A program made the translations under genes and the position numbers. This document shows positions 63,309-64,000 of a DNA stretch of 64,000 bases, in pieces (position 1 is the stretch's first letter; each line of letters starts with the position of its first letter). The stretch is from Lingula anatina (Eukaryota > Animalia > Brachiopoda): the NCBI GenBank assembly GCA_051362555.1, contig CM120647.1, positions 7,254,001 to 7,318,000 of the forward strand. The letters run 5' to 3'. The notes beneath the pieces are model-generated. The model did not search any database and had not been told where the DNA came from. It saw nothing but the letters and a program-made list of their open reading frames with translations.

Positions 63309-63859
63309 TTTAACTCATTCTAGGATTAGTCAAAAAGGCAGACAAAGTGTTCAACAAGATCCTCCCATTAGTTACTTTATTAGTTCTTTTCTTTATCAAT
63401 TGGAACGAGTATCTTTTACGACCTAGTTCGAAGAATCAAATAGCCGAAGGTCGTTTATCGACAATTTCAGGTTAAGATAAGAAATTTTTACCAGATGTAG
63501 ATCCCCATAAAATTATGGCAGAAACTGATGGAGAGAGACTTATCTTAAACAACAATCAACAGTCTGGCGTGAAAAAAACGTTTTCGGAGGAACATCGCAG
63601 AGAGCGCCAAAGGATTTCCAGGAATAAATGAAAGCTTCACTTTGACTGGAACCCTTTCCTGGCACAACCGCATATCATAGTCAGAATCTTTCAGCGGGAT
63701 AGGGGTTGAGAATCGTTCGGATATTTCATCGCCATCGTATCCAAATTGGTTTGCCAACAACACGCAGCCCGTTGGCTGATTTGATGCAGTTCATTTACCC
63801 AGTTAATCGACCATTTTGCGTCCTTAGGGAGGGCAGTACAACGCGCAGTGTTGTCTCCA

Positions 63860-63948
63860 ATGATGTTGTACGGGTGCCGTGCTACTGTGACGACATGTGT
63901 TCCGTTTTTGATGATTGCTGCTGGCTACTCGATCGTTTTTGCAGATAA
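63860..63948 (+). pseudogene. Somatomedin-B-like cysteine motif fragment
   Basis: PCYCDDMCSVFDDCC matches the C-x-C-D-x-x-C-x4-D-C-C spacing. The surrounding frame is short and stop-bounded and the window ends nearby. Confidence 0.35.
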
Positions 63949-64000
63949 ATTAAGAGCACAGGAATTGCAACTCAGCCAAGTGACACACAGTGCTGGTTGC

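Noticed and set aside
63497-64000. 168-codon plus-strand frame interrupted only by three TGA codons (63629, 63707, 63782), as a second read-through target
   Set aside because: No paralog shows Trp at those sites, the translation resembles nothing I recognise, and the only recognisable motif lies in a different frame. A frameshifted pseudo-exon is the simpler explanation.

Overview
AT-rich, intron-rich animal nuclear DNA, most likely an invertebrate (inferred from gene content and microsatellite/MITE load; the species cannot be determined from this window). Left half (1-30 kb): a minus-strand tandem array of three strongly diverged glutamate-cysteine ligase catalytic-subunit (GCLC)-like genes. 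Two are complete 16-exon genes that I reconstructed by hand, and the third is represented only by exon 1. One carries an apparently intact autonomous PIF/Harbinger transposon in intron 12. Middle (32-38 kb): a nest of four transposable elements, including an intact L2-group LINE ORF. 41-46 kb: a two-exon class A GPCR. Right (51.5-61.1 kb): a two-unit tandem duplication in which each unit holds a tRNA-Trp gene and a small secreted cysteine-rich protein gene. The main finding is in this duplication. Unit 2 has a normal tRNA-Trp(CCA) and a TGG codon. Unit 1 has the same tRNA with a single change to anticodon UCA (an opal-suppressor form), and its protein gene carries an in-frame TGA exactly at the paralog's Trp codon, with the reading frame and all cysteines intact downstream. 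This is a candidate linked suppressor-tRNA / nonsense-gated gene module. Function is unproven, and two independent decay mutations or assembly errors remain possible.
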